From positions 5,394,001-5,458,000 of the forward strand of contig CM075989.1 of assembly GCA_038087875.1 (NCBI GenBank): a stretch of DNA of 64,000 nucleotides. Direction: 5' to 3'. Every line of letters starts with the position of its first letter. Within the stretch, counting starts at the first letter, position 1. Positions 61,900-64,000 of this stretch are shown here, piece by piece. The notes below the pieces were generated by a model. The model did not search any database. It saw only the letters and a program-made list of their open reading frames with translations, and was not told where the DNA came from. Source of the stretch: Malacoraja senta. Taxonomy: Eukaryota. The position numbers and the translations under genes were made by a program.

Positions 61900-62205
61900 G
61901 GGCGGCACAGTGGTGGAGCTGGTAGAGCCGCTGCTTCAGAGAGCCAGAGACCCAGGTTCGATCCTGACCTTGGGTACTGTCTGTATAGGTACTGCATAGG
62001 TTTCCTCTTGTTGCTCTGGTTTCCCCCCACATCCCAAAGATGTGCAGGTTTGAAGGTTAATTGGCCTTGGTATATCGCCCTAAGTGTGTAGGGATGAGAA
62101 AGTGGGATAACATAAAACCAGTGTGAACGAGTAATTGATGGTCAGCATGGACTTGACGGGCCAAAGGGCCTGCTTCCATTCTCTATCTCTAAACTAAACT
62201 ATAAA
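61900..62205 (+). mobile_element. HE1-like SINE
   Basis: Head, V-domain remnant, tail. Confidence 0.8.
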
Positions 62206-62689
62206 TAAACTGACGGTCCTGATTCGAAACGCCACCTATCCATGTTATCCAGTGATGCTGCCCTGACCCACTGAGTTACTCCATCATTTAGTGTATTATC
62301 TGTTTGATGTTCTGATCACCATGAAAGCTGCACTCACTCAGTTGGGCCTATATGCATGACTTCAGGCCTGTGAAATAACTGAGGAAACTGGCCAGTGGTT
62401 TCTGGTTTAGTTCCACTTTTGTGAAACAGCGCGGAAACAGGCCCTTCGGCCCACTGAGTCAGCGCCGACCAGCGATCCCCGCACAGTAACACCATCTACA
62501 CACACTAGGGACAATTTACAATTATAACAAGCCAATTAACCTACAAACCTGTATCTTTGGTTGATGTGCCTGTCGTGATTCTTGAAGTCAGATCCAAAGA
62601 CGTAAAGGTTTGTAGGATAATTGGCTGTGACATTGTCCCTGTTGTGTGTAGGGTAGTGTTAGTGTTAAAGTGGCAACTGTACCCGGTGA

Positions 62690-63108
62690 GAACGGCCAGG
62701 AACATCGGGCCTCCATAGAGGCAACTGTGGAGGCCTCAATAGGCCTGACTCTGGGGAGAACTGGGGTTGGGGACTGGACATTGTGCCTTCCCCCACAGTG
62801 GTAACCATTGTGGGGGGATGATTTTGTGTGTAGTGTGTACTGTCTATGTTAGTCTATATCCAAGATGGCGGTCGGAAGGGAGAGTGTACGCTGGCGTGGT
62901 TTGGCTGCTGCTGCTCTCCCTTCACATTGTGTTTCTGAATTTTTTTGTTGTGTTTTTTTGGATCGAATTTCTGTCTTTAATTTGTGTATTAGTGATGTCT
63001 TTTTAACTTATTTTACTCTGATTATATGTTTCTATGTTAAATTTTGTAAGGTGTCCTTGAGACTTTTGTATAGGCGCCCTTAAATAAAATTTATTATTAT
63101 TATTATTA
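62690..63108 (+). mobile_element. Non-autonomous retroelement with L2-type tail, inserted in a SINE
   Basis: Near-copy of 8705-9082; the host SINE resumes at 63108-63188. Confidence 0.65.
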
Positions 63109-64000
63109 ATGTGCGGGGATCGCTGGTCGGTGCGGGCTCGATGGACCGAAGGGCCTGTTTGCGTGCTGTATCTCTAAACTAAACTAAAAGAACTGAAAGA
63201 TCACCATCACCTCCTCAAGGGGAACAGGAATGGAGTGATGGCTTTGTCAAGGATGTGTTGAACTATCACCTGAGAACAAGTAAATGAATGACCATGCAGG
63301 ACAAAAACTACAAAGAATATTATGGTTGTCTACATGTGGATTCAACCTAATGATATCACTAGCCTAAACCAAAGGCCCACAGAAGCAGTCTGCGATTAAA
63401 AAAAGTCACAAAAGCCCATTCAGTGACTGTGCTGTGTACGTATCAGTAGACTTCCCCTGTCTGAAGATAAGATTCAATAGTGGCCGTCAGTTTTCAGACA
63501 TCAAATGTGATGATAATATTTAAAACATATAGCAGAACCTGTAATTGTCTCAGCTATCCGAATTTTCAGATCACTTTTAGAGAAAAACAAGATGTAAAAT
63601 ACATATAATAAAGAATAATTAAATTGCAATCTGGATAAATTGCCATCAGGATAAAATGCATGCATACATACAGTATAAATGTGTGTCTGAATGAAACATT
63701 TTAGATATTGGACAGAATCAAGTGTGGATATGTTCTGTTACTTGTGGGGACATACATGTTTGTAGGATAATTGGCCTCGGTAAAAATTGTAAATTGTCCC
63801 TAGTGTGTAGTGTGGGTTAGGGTATGCGGGGATCGCTGGTTGGCGTGGACTTGGTGGGCTGAAGGGCCTGCTTCCGTGCTGTATCTCTAAACTAAACTAA
63901 AGTAAAATTGTGTGCTGGAAGGAGCTGCAGTTACTGGTTCACACCGAAGATAGACACAAAATCCCTGAGTAACTCAGCTGGACAGGTAGCATCTCTGGAG

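Overview
Eukaryotic, repeat-dominated intronic or intergenic DNA, most likely from a cartilaginous fish (skate/ray). This is inferred from about 25 HE1-type V-SINEs with CR1 tails and many CR1/HER1 fragments. No host protein-coding exon could be identified with confidence. Main elements: (1) an apparently full-length, intact two-ORF L2-group (Crack/Daphne-like) LINE on the minus strand at about 57486-61879, with an ATGA ORF1/ORF2 overlap; (2) a Ty3/Gypsy LTR retrotransposon at 34471-43737 with a tRNA-Trp PBS and a -1 frameshift signal, whose gag is split by a 5.2-kb non-autonomous hAT element carrying further nested insertions and long hairpins; (3) Penelope-like element (PLE) remnants and many short palindromic PLE-derived units that carry a minimal hammerhead-ribozyme-like core and sit between 13-17 bp direct repeats; (4) hAT and Harbinger-like MITEs, Rex/Babar fragments, and a set of non-autonomous retroelements sharing one covarying hairpin but ending in different LINE tails. 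Coordinates of degraded repeats are approximate, and family names come from motif recognition, not database searches.
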